Sequence record: NC_023593.1
Direction: 5' to 3' (one strand)
DNA length: 64,000 nt
From: Escherichia phage KBNP1711
The notes below the pieces were generated by a model. That model did not search any database, had not been told where the DNA came from, and was given only the letters and a program-made list of their open reading frames with translations. Positions 30,400 to 38,657 of the stretch are shown piece by piece; position 1 is the stretch's first letter, and every line of letters begins with the position of its first letter. The position numbers were made by a program, and so were the translations under genes.

Positions 30400-30657
30400 T
30401 TAAACTCCTTTAGGGAAAGGAAGAAGATTTTCTACTGCAACACGATAAACCTTTTCTACGTTTTTGTTTTTATAAGAGATGAACTTGCCATCAGCACCAC
30501 GAAGGATTACGTTAGTTCGAGCTGTCTTTGGGTTATGAGAAATCTGATTAGCAATGATAGACGCGTTAAGAGCATTCTCAGCATAATTAGTGAAGTTCCA
30601 TTTAACAAGTTTAGTAGAAAGAGAATCGATGATAGTTACAGTTTTTACGATAGACAT
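30400..30657 (-). CDS. hypothetical protein (tandem paralog of 30120..30398)
   Basis: Shared motif as above. Confidence 0.45.
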   Translation of the reverse strand: MSIVKTVTIIDSLSTKLVKWNFTNYAENALNASIIANQISHNPKTARTNVILRGADGKFISYKNKNVEKVYRVAVENLLPFPKGV

Positions 30658-30691
30658 ATTTTATTACCTAAAGGATTTGTATAAAAGAAAA

Positions 30692-30711
30692 GGCCACCCA
30701 AATGGGTAGCC
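30692..30711 (-). terminator. hairpin ggccaccc-aaat-gggtagcc with T-rich tail on - strand
   Basis: Intergenic; same GCCACCC stem family as at 22773 and 55503. Confidence 0.35.
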
Positions 30712-30716
30712 TCTGA

Positions 30717-31031
30717 TTAACTTGAGCTTAAAGCCCCTTTGCGACCGCCAGCTGATTTTCCAGCGCGATCTCCACTTTTGCCGCCAGCTGAACGATTTCC
30801 GCTGACTGTCTCAACACGTAAGTTGCTTGACGCATTAGAGCCTCCTGATTTAATGGCTCGTTTGTGTCCGACATCTTTACCTTTGAGTGCAGATTTTCCA
30901 ACGCGTTTTTCAACGATGCGACGTGCACGGTGGCGCTGAGCATCTCCGCTCTTACTTCCAACTCCCGTTTCACCTCTTGCGATGGCTGTACGTCTTTCTT
31001 GTGCATAATCTCTTTTAGCCTTATCAGTCAT
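30717..31031 (-). CDS. highly basic Gly/Ser/Lys/Arg-rich protein (possible nucleic-acid binding)
   Basis: AAGGAG RBS 6 nt before ATG 31031; overlapping alternative-frame ORF 30728..31006 lacks an RBS. Confidence 0.45.
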   Translation of the reverse strand: MTDKAKRDYAQERRTAIARGETGVGSKSGDAQRHRARRIVEKRVGKSALKGKDVGHKRAIKSGGSNASSNLRVETVSGNRSAGGKSGDRAGKSAGGRKGALSSS

Positions 31032-31102
31032 TTACAACTCCTTAATATATCAGTGTACACTAAGGAGTATACATTATGAGAGGGTAGCTTTAGTTGCCAG
31101 CT

Positions 31103-31288
31103 TTAGTCACACCACCCTGTAGGTGGTACAAAAGTGTCAGGAACATCAATAATAGTTGGTTCACCATCATTTACACAGGTATCTTCATTAAATTCTTCAC
31201 ACTCAAAACATGCTTGTTCAATGTTTTTGTAGAAGTCAATGGTAGAAGTACCATCACCACAGTCTCGGATAACTAGGGCAACTTGCAT
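31103..31288 (-). CDS. small acidic Cys-rich protein
   Basis: 61-aa ORF with CxxC-type spacing. Confidence 0.35.
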   Translation of the reverse strand: MQVALVIRDCGDGTSTIDFYKNIEQACFECEEFNEDTCVNDGEPTIIDVPDTFVPPTGWCD

Positions 31289-32029
31289 TTAATTACCACC
31301 CTTTTCCATAGCTTTAACGATTGCTTTACAGAAACCAGAACGAACAATATCATCTGAGTCGCCATCAACAATATCAGCGAACTCGTACAGGTCGTGATCG
31401 TCAATGAACTCAGTAGCCCAAGTAAGACCGCTCTCTCGGCCTTTCATATCGTGCTGGTTAGTGTCACCCATGCAGAACAGCTGGGATGTTTCACCCAAGC
31501 GAGTCATAATAGAGAATGCTTCATCTTTGGTTGTATTCTGGAACTCATCCACAATAACAATGGCATCATTGAAAGAGCGACCACGGAGATATTCCAGAGG
31601 CACAAACTCAATGTTCCCATTACCAAGCTGACATTCATAGAAACCTTTACCATACCGCTGAGTGATTACATCAACAATAGGCATCAGGTATGGTTCGAAC
31701 TTATCACGAAGCCCACCCGGAAGTAATCCAAGAGAGTTACCCATGCCAACAGAGGGTCGGCTAATGATAATCTTTTGAATCTTACCACTCTTCAGTGCAT
31801 CAATGACAGTAGAGGTGATGACGAACGTCTTACCACAGCCCGCAGGAGCGTCTGTGAACACCACTTGTTTAGTCTTGATAGCATTGAGTAGCTCAGATTG
31901 AAACTGATTCTGAGGGACCACTGGCTTCGCTAAAACAACCTCTTCATACTCACGCTTACCTTTCTTAGTGACTAAGGCTTCACGACGTAAATCTTTACGA
32001 GATTCTCTACGGGACTGTCTACGGCTCAT
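31289..32029 (-). CDS. phoH: PhoH-like ATPase
   Basis: Walker A FTDAPAGCGKTF and overall PhoH-like length and order. Confidence 0.8.
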   Translation of the reverse strand: MSRRQSRRESRKDLRREALVTKKGKREYEEVVLAKPVVPQNQFQSELLNAIKTKQVVFTDAPAGCGKTFVITSTVIDALKSGKIQKIIISRPSVGMGNSLGLLPGGLRDKFEPYLMPIVDVITQRYGKGFYECQLGNGNIEFVPLEYLRGRSFNDAIVIVDEFQNTTKDEAFSIMTRLGETSQLFCMGDTNQHDMKGRESGLTWATEFIDDHDLYEFADIVDGDSDDIVRSGFCKAIVKAMEKGGN

Positions 32030-32211
32030 TTTCGCTCTCCTAGCTCTTCGTAATTAAATACAGAGGTTCGACAATCTTTACATGTTGTTGTATAGACCCG
32101 AACATTAATGAACTTCTTGTTCTTCCCTTTGGTGGGTGAGCCTTTAGCAAGCTCGCTGATAACTTTAGAACTTAAGTTTAGGTTTGTTCCTTCACATTTA
32201 GAACACTTCAC
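32026..32211 (-). CDS. small zinc-ribbon protein
   Basis: CSKCEG...CKDC Cys pairs. Confidence 0.4.
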   Translation of the reverse strand: MKCSKCEGTNLNLSSKVISELAKGSPTKGKNKKFINVRVYTTTCKDCRTSVFNYEELGERK

Positions 32212-32378
32212 TCCGGCTCACCAACAGTAACATCCCATACAACTTGGGAGATGATGTTGTTAATCTGTTTGATTTGCTCGTGAGTCAGTTGCATACCTTT
32301 CATTTTCCGAGAGGCATTACTTCGTGCTCTTCGCTGACGATAGAAGTTATTCTTTTTAGTAGAGTGTAAGCTACTCAT
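32205..32378 (-). CDS. small basic protein (57 aa)
   Basis: ATGA stop/start overlap with upstream gene; translated by hand. Confidence 0.3.
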
Positions 32379-32560
32379 TTCACAACCTTAAATTTGAATG
32401 TTGTTGGGTGATAATAATGCAACCTGTTAATGGTGTGCTTTGTTTCAAGATATGTCCTACAGGAGTGACACATAACATGAGACAAACCAGTCACAGGATT
32501 GGGCTTAAAATTGATGATAGTCTTCTCTTTCTTACAGAAGCTACACACTTTCTTATCCAT
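32375..32560 (-). CDS. small zinc-ribbon protein
   Basis: CSFC...CHSC Cys pairs. Confidence 0.4.
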   Translation of the reverse strand: MDKKVCSFCKKEKTIINFKPNPVTGLSHVMCHSCRTYLETKHTINRLHYYHPTTFKFKVVK

Positions 32561-32708
32561 CTTCTCTCCTGCTAATCCTCTGAGTTGTGGGAACAGCAGT
32601 ATTCACATACTCCACAACAAGGACAAATCTCTACACTTGGGTCATATGCATCATCAACTGTCATCCCACACTTGGTGCAGAACACATCATCATCATCTTC
32701 TTCCAATA

Positions 32709-33365
32709 TTAATTCTCCAAAGTTTTCTTCAGAGCTGCCCACGAGATTGGGTAGAGTTTAGCCATCTCTTCATCCAGAGATTGAGCAAACACTCGAACTT
32801 CGTATTGAGCGTGAGAGGAGAGTCGCTGACGACACAACTCAAACCAGCCATACAAAGAACCAGTCCACACCCACTCAGTGATCATTCCCTGAGGAAGAAC
32901 AAATCGAGCTTGCTCTGGTGCAACGAATTCAATCAACTTGTCATATGCTGCTAGAGAGGCTTCATATGCATCGTTAATCAACATTAATGCTTCAGCTCGC
33001 TCTCCATCAATGAGTTGAACCCCTGAACCTGCATGGAGGTCCGAAGGTCTCGCAAAAATCTCTTTAGGGATGAAGACTTCAACTGCTCCATCTTTATACC
33101 TCCGGGACATTTCGTTCCACGAGAATCCAACCTGATGCTTGCCCAGCTGTCTCGCAATTGCGATAGGTGCTTTGCATCGGAAACTGACTTGCGGGTGCCT
33201 GAAAGGCGTGACATGCTTCTCTCTTGCGAGGAAGTTGATGAGACGTTCATCACGTTCATTTAAATCACCTTCACGGGTTACGCCAAAGGAAACTCGAGCT
33301 GCGTTTACTACGCTACGATCACTTCCCATAGCTTCGATTAATGTTGCTTGTAATTGTTCATTCAT
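32709..33365 (-). CDS. thyX: flavin-dependent thymidylate synthase (ThyX)
   Basis: FRHPQVSF...ARQLGKHQVGFSWNEMSRRY resembles the ThyX signature region. Confidence 0.75.
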   Translation of the reverse strand: MNEQLQATLIEAMGSDRSVVNAARVSFGVTREGDLNERDERLINFLAREKHVTPFRHPQVSFRCKAPIAIARQLGKHQVGFSWNEMSRRYKDGAVEVFIPKEIFARPSDLHAGSGVQLIDGERAEALMLINDAYEASLAAYDKLIEFVAPEQARFVLPQGMITEWVWTGSLYGWFELCRQRLSSHAQYEVRVFAQSLDEEMAKLYPISWAALKKTLEN

Positions 33366-33380
33366 CCGTGAATTTCCTTA

Positions 33381-33590
33381 TTAATATTCTTTTACATAAT
33401 AAACCACTAAGGTTCCCATCTCTGACAATGTTGATTTATGTAAGCTTACTTTACTATAAATCTTTGGAGCCATCTTAAGAGCCTTCTTAAAACGGCGAGC
33501 ATCTTTACGAGTAGCAAAGTGCTCTGTAACAGGTATAGACAGATCTTGGTAGATATAATATACCACCGTCCAATATTTTTTCATAATCAA
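33381..33590 (-). CDS. small basic protein, paralog family B
   Basis: KKYW...TRKDARRFKK...VYYV pattern shared with 35447..36083 genes. Confidence 0.4.
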   Translation of the reverse strand: MIMKKYWTVVYYIYQDLSIPVTEHFATRKDARRFKKALKMAPKIYSKVSLHKSTLSEMGTLVVYYVKEY

Positions 33591-33859
33591 ACACCTAGGG
33601 CAGTAGTTAAGAATGCTTTCAGGTTTGCTTCAGTCTGCATACCAGAGATGCTGTAGTGTGCACCACTGTTACGGTCAGGCACAACGAAAGCAGGGATACT
33701 TCGTACACCATACTTAACAGCTTGTTCACGACCATCACCTTCAAGGATATTAATCTCTTCCACTTCTACATCAAACTCCTTAACAACCTTCTCAAAGGTA
33801 GGAGCCATTGCTTTACATGGAGCACACTGATCACTATAAAACTTAATTACTTTACTCAT
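33587..33859 (-). CDS. thioredoxin-like protein (CAPC active site)
   Basis: KFYSDQCAPCKAMAP...GVRSIPAFVV; ATG 33859 with AAGGAA RBS. Confidence 0.6.
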   Translation of the reverse strand: MSKVIKFYSDQCAPCKAMAPTFEKVVKEFDVEVEEINILEGDGREQAVKYGVRSIPAFVVPDRNSGAHYSISGMQTEANLKAFLTTALGV

Positions 33860-34049
33860 TCTATTCCTTGTTAATAAACAGGTTGATATGATGCTGGGTA
33901 GCAGGAACAACAATAAAAGATTTATACTGACCTTTTGCTAAGTCATGAGCAATCTTCTTTGTCTGACCAAGACCCATCACACAGCCGCTAACGATAATGG
34001 CATGTGCTTGTAATTCTTCAGGTAGGTTTAGTTTCACTCTTTGGATTCC

Positions 34050-34235
34050 TTATAGCATACAAAGAATAATAACAAGAGGTAGTGTTATAGCAAAATGTAC
34101 CAGAACAACACTACCTAGCTTGATAGCTTTAACATCCTCTTCTGCTGGGTTTTCTTTAATTGCTAAATTTCGAGCTTTATATATAACAGTACCAACTATT
34201 AACGACCACACGGCCCACACAATCAGTGAAATCAT
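34050..34235 (-). CDS. small two-TM membrane protein (paralog pair)
   Basis: IVWAVWSLIVG...KENPAEE...AIKLGSVVLV pattern. Confidence 0.4.
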   Translation of the reverse strand: MISLIVWAVWSLIVGTVIYKARNLAIKENPAEEDVKAIKLGSVVLVHFAITLPLVIILCML

Positions 34236-34244
34236 ATCAAACCC

Positions 34245-34424
34245 TTATGCAGTCCACAGGTGGAGAAGGAAAGGAATCACAATAGTACAAACTACCAGAG
34301 CGATGCTGCCATGTTTAATAGCTTTAGCTTCACTTGGATTTTCTTTAAGCATCTGCTTCTGGGCCAGATAGACGATACCACCAATAATGATTGCCCAAAA
34401 AGACCATACGATTGCTGAAAACAT
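34245..34424 (-). CDS. small two-TM membrane protein (paralog pair)
   Basis: Internal Met of track ORF 34245..34631; IVWSFWAIIIG...KENPSEAKAIKHGSIALV. Confidence 0.4.
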   Translation of the reverse strand: MFSAIVWSFWAIIIGGIVYLAQKQMLKENPSEAKAIKHGSIALVVCTIVIPFLLHLWTA

Positions 34425-34485
34425 ATTCACATCCTTATAAAGAAGTTCGCCCCACCTCGGATTAGGAGACAGGGCGGAGGTTTGA

Positions 34486-35070
34486 TTAGTAAGACACGTC
34501 ACCACTGGAGTGGGACATGTTGCTCTTGACGAAGTAACAGAACTTTCCAAGACCTTCATTAATTTCTTGAAGCATACTCTGATCAACTGGATAGGTGCAC
34601 AAGTCTGAATCAAACTCGTCCATCTTCTCAATGATACACATAAGAGTCATGCACATGTCAGAAAGCATACCGTCCATGTCGAGATCAGCGTTACCTTCTC
34701 GGAACCAAGCACAACCAAGATAGCTACTAGCTGTTGCATCCACTTTAATGCAGTGATAACGCATTCGCTCTGCTACCCGATCACCAGTTTCACGAGCATA
34801 ATCTTCTAGTTCATCGAACATACCGTGAACACCTTGGAAACCAGCTCCAGAGACGTTCCAGTGATAGTTCTTTGATTTGATGTGTAGAAGTTCAAGGTTA
34901 GCCTGCACACCACACAGGATGTGCTCTAGGCTGTTACCGCTAATCAATTTATTCATTCCCTCTAGACGAGAGATAGAAGAGTCAGTTGTAGAGAATGGGT
35001 TGCTAGAACCCACTCGTGTCAGTTCAGGTAAGTCGAAGACATTATTATGCATTAGGTTCATCTCCTTCAA
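34486..35070 (-). CDS. Dps-like ferritin-fold protein
   Basis: YHWNVSGAGFQGVHGMFDELEDYARETGDRVAERM matches the Dps helix B/C signature. Confidence 0.5.
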   Translation of the reverse strand: MKEMNLMHNNVFDLPELTRVGSSNPFSTTDSSISRLEGMNKLISGNSLEHILCGVQANLELLHIKSKNYHWNVSGAGFQGVHGMFDELEDYARETGDRVAERMRYHCIKVDATASSYLGCAWFREGNADLDMDGMLSDMCMTLMCIIEKMDEFDSDLCTYPVDQSMLQEINEGLGKFCYFVKSNMSHSSGDVSY

Positions 35071-35374
35071 GCTCAGTAGAGTTAGCTACATTTCGTTCCA
35101 GATTTGAGATTACCTGTTGGGTGATAACGATGCAGTTCTGTGGGTCAACTGACTTAGAACGTCCCATCTCAGGGTCATACACCTTAACACGTTTTGCTGT
35201 AGAACCAGTTACCTGTAATACCTTGAGAAGATAACCCTGATTCCCGATAGACCATGCAACAACATCACGATTCTTGATGAATCGACCAAGCATATCACGA
35301 TGATAGAACTGCTGCATAACCTTTGATTTATTAATCTCTTCGGCTGGCGGAGCCACTTTACTCAAATCTAACAT
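35045..35374 (-). CDS. hypothetical protein
   Basis: 109-aa ORF. Confidence 0.4.
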   Translation of the reverse strand: MLDLSKVAPPAEEINKSKVMQQFYHRDMLGRFIKNRDVVAWSIGNQGYLLKVLQVTGSTAKRVKVYDPEMGRSKSVDPQNCIVITQQVISNLERNVANSTELEGDEPNA

Positions 35375-35446
35375 TTCACTCTCTCCTGTTTAACACAATA
35401 TTCTTATACTGTATATACATTTGAGAGTGATCATATCTACTACCAA

Positions 35447-35656
35447 TCAGTAGTAAATTACTTTAGACATAAAAGAACCAGTGTTAGGGTCTTCATGCCA
35501 GCGATGTATGTCAGCGCTTTTTACTATTGTGCCCAGAGTCTTCAACTGTTTCTTAGCAATACGAGCCTCTTTGCGAGTGTCAAACAATTTGATGTTATCT
35601 TTTCTCATATGTTGCTCAAGATCCCAAACAACATGAATAGCCCACATCTTTTTCAT
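35447..35656 (-). CDS. small basic protein, paralog family B
   Basis: Tandem array member. Confidence 0.45.
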   Translation of the reverse strand: MKKMWAIHVVWDLEQHMRKDNIKLFDTRKEARIAKKQLKTLGTIVKSADIHRWHEDPNTGSFMSKVIYY

Positions 35657-35871
35657 TAGTAATGTACCTTTCCGCTGATATAAATACGGCCTGAGGTATA
35701 CTCATAGCCCTTGAGAATCTTAACAGAGGTAGTGGAGCCATCGTTTAGTGCACAGATTGACTTCTTAAGATTGCGTGCATCTTCTCGTGTCTTCTGGTAG
35801 GTCATGGTCACACCCCCACTCTTCCACTCTGTTTTAACTAACCAAACTATTTTCATAAGACCTGCTCTCAT
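35656..35871 (-). CDS. small basic protein, paralog family B
   Basis: Tandem array member. Confidence 0.45.
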   Translation of the reverse strand: MRAGLMKIVWLVKTEWKSGGVTMTYQKTREDARNLKKSICALNDGSTTSVKILKGYEYTSGRIYISGKVHY

Positions 35872-36083
35872 TAGTAGTACACCTTGCTACCAGCCATAAA
35901 TGCCCCTGTTGAGTTTATCATGGCTTTGCTGATAGTAACTTTCTTACACCGTAAACATACCTTCCAGTTCTTTTTACAGATTCGAGCTTCTTGTCGAGTG
36001 TTACAAAAAATAGCCGAAGATATTTCTTGGGTGTTGTTATCATAAACACGAACACACCACTTTTTCATTGTTCCAAACTCCAC
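35871..36083 (-). CDS. small basic protein, paralog family B
   Basis: Tandem array member. Confidence 0.45.
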   Translation of the reverse strand: MEFGTMKKWCVRVYDNNTQEISSAIFCNTRQEARICKKNWKVCLRCKKVTISKAMINSTGAFMAGSKVYY

Positions 36084-36283
36084 TATCTGTCAACCGATTC
36101 AGGGACAAACTGCATTACACAGACCTGATTACGAGGAAGGTTTATTTCACAAGCGGCTTTTCTATCAGCAACCTTAGATGACGAGTTAGGGCCAATTTGA
36201 GCCATCATTAATCCCATAGCTAACATGCCGAGGATTACACCAATTGCTAAAGATGCTACAGTTTCTTGTTTCATCTTGATCAC
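36083..36283 (-). CDS. small membrane protein
   Basis: Hydrophobic ASLAIGVILGMLAMGLMMA segment. Confidence 0.35.
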   Translation of the reverse strand: MIKMKQETVASLAIGVILGMLAMGLMMAQIGPNSSSKVADRKAACEINLPRNQVCVMQFVPESVDR

Positions 36284-36813
36284 ACCCCTTTAGATGCAAC
36301 TACACCTTCAGAATTATTATAACGACCCTTCACTGCATATGAATGTTCCCCTGCATGAGAGTGCTCAAACATAACCATCTGACCAACACGCATACCAGCA
36401 CGAACTCGTAAGCTATGATGCTTGGTTACGTTATGGAATTCAAATGTCAGCTTACTGCTATTAAACCCTGCGTCTGCCCACCCAGCGTGGAGATGGTTCA
36501 AGCCACAACGAGCCATCGAAGACCGCAGGACAAACAAACTGGAGATGTTATCTGGAAGGTTAAACTCTTCCATCGAGTGAGCTAAGAAGAATTGTCCCGG
36601 AGTAATGATAATACCGTCTTCAGGGATTTTTACTTCTTTCCACTTGAGATTTTCTTTCGCATCAATGTCAACAATCCCATCAGCCTGTTCTTCAATAAGG
36701 ATAGTATCACCAATACGGATATCCACACTAGCAGCGTTAACATACTTATGCTCCGCATCCAGAAAACCGTTATCGATAACGTCGTGTAATTCCATGCTTC
36801 CTAATAAACTCAT
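36280..36813 (-). CDS. dCTP deaminase/dUTPase-family protein
   Basis: ASVDIRIGD and HAGWADAGF motifs. Confidence 0.65.
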   Translation of the reverse strand: MSLLGSMELHDVIDNGFLDAEHKYVNAASVDIRIGDTILIEEQADGIVDIDAKENLKWKEVKIPEDGIIITPGQFFLAHSMEEFNLPDNISSLFVLRSSMARCGLNHLHAGWADAGFNSSKLTFEFHNVTKHHSLRVRAGMRVGQMVMFEHSHAGEHSYAVKGRYNNSEGVVASKGV

Positions 36814-36827
36814 TCTTATTCCTTATG

Positions 36828-38108
36828 TTAATCTGTGATACTGTCGCTTTCGTCAACCCAGACTGGATTATTAATCTGTCCTAAACGACGAGCTGATGTT
36901 TCGTTAATAGAGTTAACCCCTGCTGTGCGAGGGTTTGTGTACCACGGTCGGACTATGCTACCCGACTGAATTGCTTGGTTTGCTTCTACATGCCACCTGT
37001 TTGATACCGTGTTGGCTTCAAAGTTACCACCCGCTCCACCACTGATAGGCACAGCTTGAGCTGGTTGATTTACTCGGTTAGTTCCTGCCCCAAAGGCTGC
37101 TGCAAATTCAGACACACGTGCACTAAATGAAGAACGAGCACGCTGAGGAGGTGATATATCATTTCGTGTATCTACTGCACGAGGCATAGCCCAAGTATCA
37201 TCTGTTGAGATATCAGGGGTAGGCTCTTGCTCTAGAGGTTGAAGATTAGCTGTCCATTGACTATTCAGTATACGATAGAAATCTGCACCATAACCACTTC
37301 GGATAACATCCTCTCTGACACCAAAGAAGCGACTGATATCCCCACCGATTCGGGCTAGTTTGTCATTGTATGCAGGTATGATTATTCCACCCTCTGTCAC
37401 TAAATCAGAGACACGACTTGTTGTAAGTGGTGAAGTGATCCAACAATAATAATCAGTAATGTGACCATCGTATCCGAAGAATGCAATCTCTGCATCAGGC
37501 CATTTCTTGTGGACATATGCCACTTCACGGTTAGAACAAACAGGGATTGCACCTGTTTCAGTCATTGCATAGAAGCCGTCAGAAGAGAACCAAAGTGAAT
37601 CTAGTGCTAAGAATCCACGACACACGCTCGGGAAAGTAGCAGCCAGCGCCCCAAGTGAGGTAGGTTCATTGAACATTAACTGAATCTTTGCACTCTGATA
37701 ATTAATCTCTAGGATATCTACAAAATTCAAAGAAGACCCAGGGGCATATTGATTATTACTTCGTCCAATATCCTGCTCAATGAGAAGAGATCTTGTTTCA
37801 ACACCATGAGCCTCTGCCCACTCTTTGAAATCTTCAAGGAACAAGCGAGCCTTAGCTCGCCACATCGACCGATCAGTTACAGACTGTCTCGGCAATCCAC
37901 CCTCTGTAGTGATGAGAAAGATATCAATGTCGTGAGGTTCACGCGTCTGAAAGATTGCATCCCTAACAGCACCACCTGCAATGATAGGGTACACACCATC
38001 AGGGATTAAACGGTTTGCAATCAACTCGTTAATTAACGTAAGACCAGACACAAGCTGCGGACTATCATCAATCCGACGACGAATTAGTGCATTAGGGATA
38101 TTATACAT
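36828..38108 (-). CDS. nucleotidyltransferase with CCA-adding-enzyme-like head domain
   Basis: IIAGGAVRDAIFQTREPHDIDIFL = GGxVRD...DxD motif of the Pol-beta-type tRNA nucleotidyltransferase/poly(A) polymerase head; long C-terminal region of unknown type. Confidence 0.5.
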   Translation of the reverse strand: MYNIPNALIRRRIDDSPQLVSGLTLINELIANRLIPDGVYPIIAGGAVRDAIFQTREPHDIDIFLITTEGGLPRQSVTDRSMWRAKARLFLEDFKEWAEAHGVETRSLLIEQDIGRSNNQYAPGSSLNFVDILEINYQSAKIQLMFNEPTSLGALAATFPSVCRGFLALDSLWFSSDGFYAMTETGAIPVCSNREVAYVHKKWPDAEIAFFGYDGHITDYYCWITSPLTTSRVSDLVTEGGIIIPAYNDKLARIGGDISRFFGVREDVIRSGYGADFYRILNSQWTANLQPLEQEPTPDISTDDTWAMPRAVDTRNDISPPQRARSSFSARVSEFAAAFGAGTNRVNQPAQAVPISGGAGGNFEANTVSNRWHVEANQAIQSGSIVRPWYTNPRTAGVNSINETSARRLGQINNPVWVDESDSITD

Positions 38109-38657
38109 TTACATTTTCCAATATAAAGATGGGGGGTCATTTGGGTCAAAGTTTGCAATATGGCAAAGATATTTATAAACCTTAACCGTTAAGTTTACGT
38201 CCTGTTCACAATAAGTAAACATGTCCTCTGTAAAGGCATCCCATGCTTCTTCCTGTTCACCGTAATCACCCTTAAGCTCTTCTAAGAACTCACCCCATTG
38301 CTTTAAGCCATGACCTCTTGGGCCATGTCTAGGGTCGCCTTTCGGATACTCAGGACTGTCACCAATACGGTCAGGTTTAAGATACCGACTCAGACATAAA
38401 GTGTCTAGGACGTTGAATTTGTAATCAATCAAATCAGGGTACATCTTCTTCAGAGCACATAAGTCGAAGTCAATAACGTTATGACCTACAACAACATCAG
38501 CCTCTGTAAGTTTCTTGATACCCTCTTCAATCTGGTGAGGGCGAAATCCCCACCGTTCACCAGTTGATATATCGAAGATAAAGATACACCATACGTTTGT
38601 GATATTGTCGTACAGTGCATCACTCTCAATATCAAATGCGTAGACTTTCTTTACCAC
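38109..38657 (-). CDS. 3'-5' exonuclease homologous to the proofreading domain of T7 DNA polymerase, encoded as a separate gene
   Basis: [36 protein letters not shown] align with the Exo I-III motifs of the T7 gp5 N-terminus. Confidence 0.75.
   Translation of the reverse strand: MVKKVYAFDIESDALYDNITNVWCIFIFDISTGERWGFRPHQIEEGIKKLTEADVVVGHNVIDFDLCALKKMYPDLIDYKFNVLDTLCLSRYLKPDRIGDSPEYPKGDPRHGPRGHGLKQWGEFLEELKGDYGEQEEAWDAFTEDMFTYCEQDVNLTVKVYKYLCHIANFDPNDPPSLYWKM

Noticed and set aside
30728-31006. Alternative-frame 92-aa ORF overlapping the basic-protein gene
   Set aside because: No Shine-Dalgarno sequence, whereas the other frame (30717-31031) has AAGGAG at optimal spacing. Dual coding cannot be excluded but is not supported.
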